A stretch of 60,458 nucleotides of DNA from Candidatus Dormibacteria bacterium. Lineage in GTDB: Bacteria > Chloroflexota > Dormibacteria > DASZGP01. Numbering within the stretch: position 1 is the first letter of the stretch; each line of letters opens with the position of its first letter. The notes below the pieces were generated by a model. The model saw nothing but the letters and a program-made list of their open reading frames with translations, had not been told where the DNA came from and searched no databases. Positions 58,393 through 60,458 of this stretch are shown here, in pieces. Position numbers and translations under genes: made by a program. The stretch lies in the NCBI GenBank assembly GCA_046262455.1, contig JBHEMS010000044.1, positions 1 to 60,458 of the forward strand. Direction: 5' to 3'.

Positions 58393-58722
58393 TCAGATGC
58401 CGCGCTGGACGGCATTGCCCATGCCCCTGCCGGTCCCGATGCTGATCGCGCAACCCATGCTGACGCCGCTGCCGACGTTGATGGCGCAGCCCATCGCCAC
58501 CCCCGCCCCGACGCTGATCAGGCAGCCCGCGCTGACGCCGGCGCCGATGGAGATGAGGTTGCCGGCACTGACCGCGTTGAACAGGCTCATGAAGTTGAAC
58601 ATGCTGCCGAAGTTGCCGATGCTGAAAGCGCTGACGGTGGTCAGGAAGGACCGGCTGTCGCGAGCCGGCACTTTCACTAGGCGATGAAGGTCTTTTGGTT
58701 GGTGGGACGCCGCAGTTTTCAC
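58393..58722 (-). CDS. Small Gly/Ser hexapeptide-repeat protein (xxxSxG x about 12)
   Basis: SAFSIG NFGSMF NFMSLF NAVSAG NLISIG AGVSAG CLISVG AGVAMG CAINVG SGVSMG CAISIG TGRGMG; GC3-rich codons; AGGAG about 10 nt before GTG 58722. Confidence 0.75.
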   Translation of the reverse strand: MKTAASHQPKDLHRLVKVPARDSRSFLTTVSAFSIGNFGSMFNFMSLFNAVSAGNLISIGAGVSAGCLISVGAGVAMGCAINVGSGVSMGCAISIGTGRGMGNAVQRGI

Positions 58723-58894
58723 ACCCGTGATTCTCCTGTGACTGCGCCGTGCCCGTACCCCGGCGTCGGGTGGTTTAGCCTAAGGGCCTCCCGGCCAAGC
58801 CTACGGGTCGGGGCTGAGGTCGCCATGAACCGCTTTACATTTCTTGACGCGTTGGCGATTGCCACTGCCGCGTGAAGGGGGCAGACTGGCGATC

Positions 58895-59395
58895 ATGCTC
58901 GTCCGCAACTCCCCGGACCTTCAGCCCGGAGGTCGGAGAGGTGAGTGGGGACAAGGCATGGTCGAGTTCGCCCTCGTCGGTCCTCTCTTCTTTCTCCTGG
59001 TCCTGTTCATCATCGAGGGTGCCCTGTACGTCAACGCAGTTATCGCGGTGCACAACACCACCCGGCACGCTGCTCGTGTGGCGGCGATCTGCGGGTCATC
59101 CGGGGCCAGTGATCAGACTTTCTACGGTGGCAAGTACTCGTCCTGCGGCGCCGCGGTGACGTCACAGGTGCAGTCCAACCTCGGCTTTCTTAGTTACACC
59201 GCCGCCAACATCAACCCCTACGTCACCATCTGCACCCCGGTAGGCCCGTGCAGCGCCACCTACACAGGAGCCCTGCCCGGGGCGACGGTCGAGGTGGACG
59301 TGGTCTACAACTACACCTACTTCTTCCCGACCTACCTCGGCCTGAGTCCAACCACGCAGATCAAGACCTCGGCCACCGAGATCAGCCAGCAGTGA
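58895..59395 (+). CDS. TadE/TadG-family minor pilin
   Basis: GQGMVEFALV prepilin motif, TM helix, AAR.A, Cys-containing C-terminus. Confidence 0.88.
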   Translation: MLVRNSPDLQPGGRRGEWGQGMVEFALVGPLFFLLVLFIIEGALYVNAVIAVHNTTRHAARVAAICGSSGASDQTFYGGKYSSCGAAVTSQVQSNLGFLSYTAANINPYVTICTPVGPCSATYTGALPGATVEVDVVYNYTYFFPTYLGLSPTTQIKTSATEISQQ

Positions 59396-60458
59396 AGCGG
59401 CGGTCCCGGGCCGGGCAGTCAGCCGTGGAACTTGCGCTGGCGCTGCCGTTCATCCTCGGTCTGCTCGCGGTCACCCTGCAGGGCGGCCTGATCATCTCAG
59501 ACCAGGTCCAGCTGGAGCACTACACCTATGAGGGCACCCAGTGGGCCCTGAGCAACCTCGACACCGCCACCATCGACGCGGGCGCCACCCCGGGCACCAT
59601 ATCCCAGCACGTCTACGCGCAGCTCTGCGGCGGGGCCACCAGCGCCCCGGCGAACACCGGCACGAGGTTCTGCGCGGCGGGCGCCGGCAACCTCCACGTC
59701 ACAACCACGCAGCGGCCCACACCCGTGTCGCTGCTGCCCCATCCCTGGGTGGACGCCGGGGCCGCGTGCACCGTCAAGAACTGGCAGCTCGCAGTCAGCC
59801 CCGGTTCACAGACCGTGACCGCTGGAGGGTCGGCAACCTATACGGTGACGCTGACCGAGAGCCAGGGGGCCGGCCAGTCGCCGACCGTGAAACTCAGTCT
59901 CAGCGGCTACCCGGCAACGGTCACCGGCGCGCCGGTGATCAACCCCCCGACGGTCACCACGGTGGGGGCAGGGGGTAACACCGCCACGATCACGGTGGAC
60001 ACCAAGGCGACCACCGTTGCAGGCACATACACCCTGTCCGTGGGAGGTGTGGACCAGTGCAACGGCGGCCCCAGCAGCGGCGCCTCAACCGCCGCCCTCG
60101 TCATCCAGGGAAGCGTGGCGCAGCAGGGTGGAGGGACCAACCAGACAGTCCTGCCCCCGCAGGTCCTCGCGGTGACGTCCTCGATTTTGCCCGTCTGCAT
60201 CAACGCGGGCGTCAGCTTCACCATCAGCGGTGCCAACTTCCAGCCCGGCGCCACCGTTGTGATCGCCCAGGACCCAGCCGCCCAGGTGATCTACAACGGT
60301 CCCTCTTCGCTGGTCGCAACGTACACCACCGGGATCCCCACCTTCGGCAACTTCGGGGTCACGGTCACCAACCCCGACGGCACCTCGGCGACGCTCTTGA
60401 ACTCTGCCGCGGTGGCCAATTGCACGGGCGGTGGTGGTGCCGGTGCCCCGCCCGGCCC
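59392..60458 (+). CDS. TadE-like pilin fused to Ig-like/IPT-TIG domains (3' end outside window)
   Basis: Not in ORF track. Open from GTG at 59392 (VKRRSRAGQSAVELALALP) through Thr-rich beta regions and FTISGANFQPGATV...VTVTNPDG to the window edge. Confidence 0.85.
   Translation, partial: MKRRSRAGQSAVELALALPFILGLLAVTLQGGLIISDQVQLEHYTYEGTQWALSNLDTATIDAGATPGTISQHVYAQLCGGATSAPANTGTRFCAAGAGNLHVTTTQRPTPVSLLPHPWVDAGAACTVKNWQLAVSPGSQTVTAGGSATYTVTLTESQGAGQSPTVKLSLSGYPATVTGAPVINPPTVTTVGAGGNTATITVDTKATTVAGTYTLSVGGVDQCNGGPSSGASTAALVIQGSVAQQGGGTNQTVLPPQVLAVTSSILPVCINAGVSFTISGANFQPGATVVIAQDPAAQVIYNGPSSLVATYTTGIPTFGNFGVTVTNPDGTSATLLNSAAVANCTGGGGAGAPPG

Noticed and set aside
58397-58687. Plus-strand Pro/Met repeat ORF
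   Set aside because: Antisense shadow of the minus-strand repeat gene, which has the RBS and GC3 bias.
58790-58825. c-di-AMP (ydaO) riboswitch 3' end resemblance (CCTCAGC...CCCGTAGGC, minus strand)
   Set aside because: The required 5' conserved elements are absent.

Overview
High-GC bacterial chromosomal segment, apparently from a monoderm lineage: it encodes a sortase and a PrsA-like lipoprotein and carries Gram-positive-type GAAC-N4-GTTC SOS boxes. The gene mix suggests a Chloroflexota/Dormibacterota-like or actinobacterial-like organism (inference only). Core blocks: tig-clpP-clpX-valS, DUF4321-maf-mreBCD-mrdA-rodA, rplU-rpmA-obgE-nadD-rsfS, lon, rarA, amt-glnK and tRNA-Arg(ACG). Other genes: lipid/acyl-CoA catabolism, an orphan ParA with a small partner, an ArsA/Get3-like ATPase pair, paaABCD-like epoxidase genes and the start of a Tad pilin locus. 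The strongest unusual signal is a lower-GC zinc-ribbon/HNH-like nuclease cassette (12420-12973, minus strand) wedged exactly between the rarA stop codon and tRNA-Arg. It has a near-consensus TTGACA-N17-TACAAT leaderless promoter with LexA-type boxes, and its reading frame runs antisense through the tRNA, stopping opposite the anticodon loop. Also notable: an in-frame TAG inside an otherwise intact FAD oxidoreductase, a hexapeptide-repeat mini-protein heading the paa operon, two antiporter-like membrane proteins that lack the usual charged residues, a Cys-nucleophile alpha/beta hydrolase, a GT2-YqcI/YcgG-DUF1989 operon, many leaderless genes and several probable CTG starts. All family calls come from motif recognition by eye; no database search was run.
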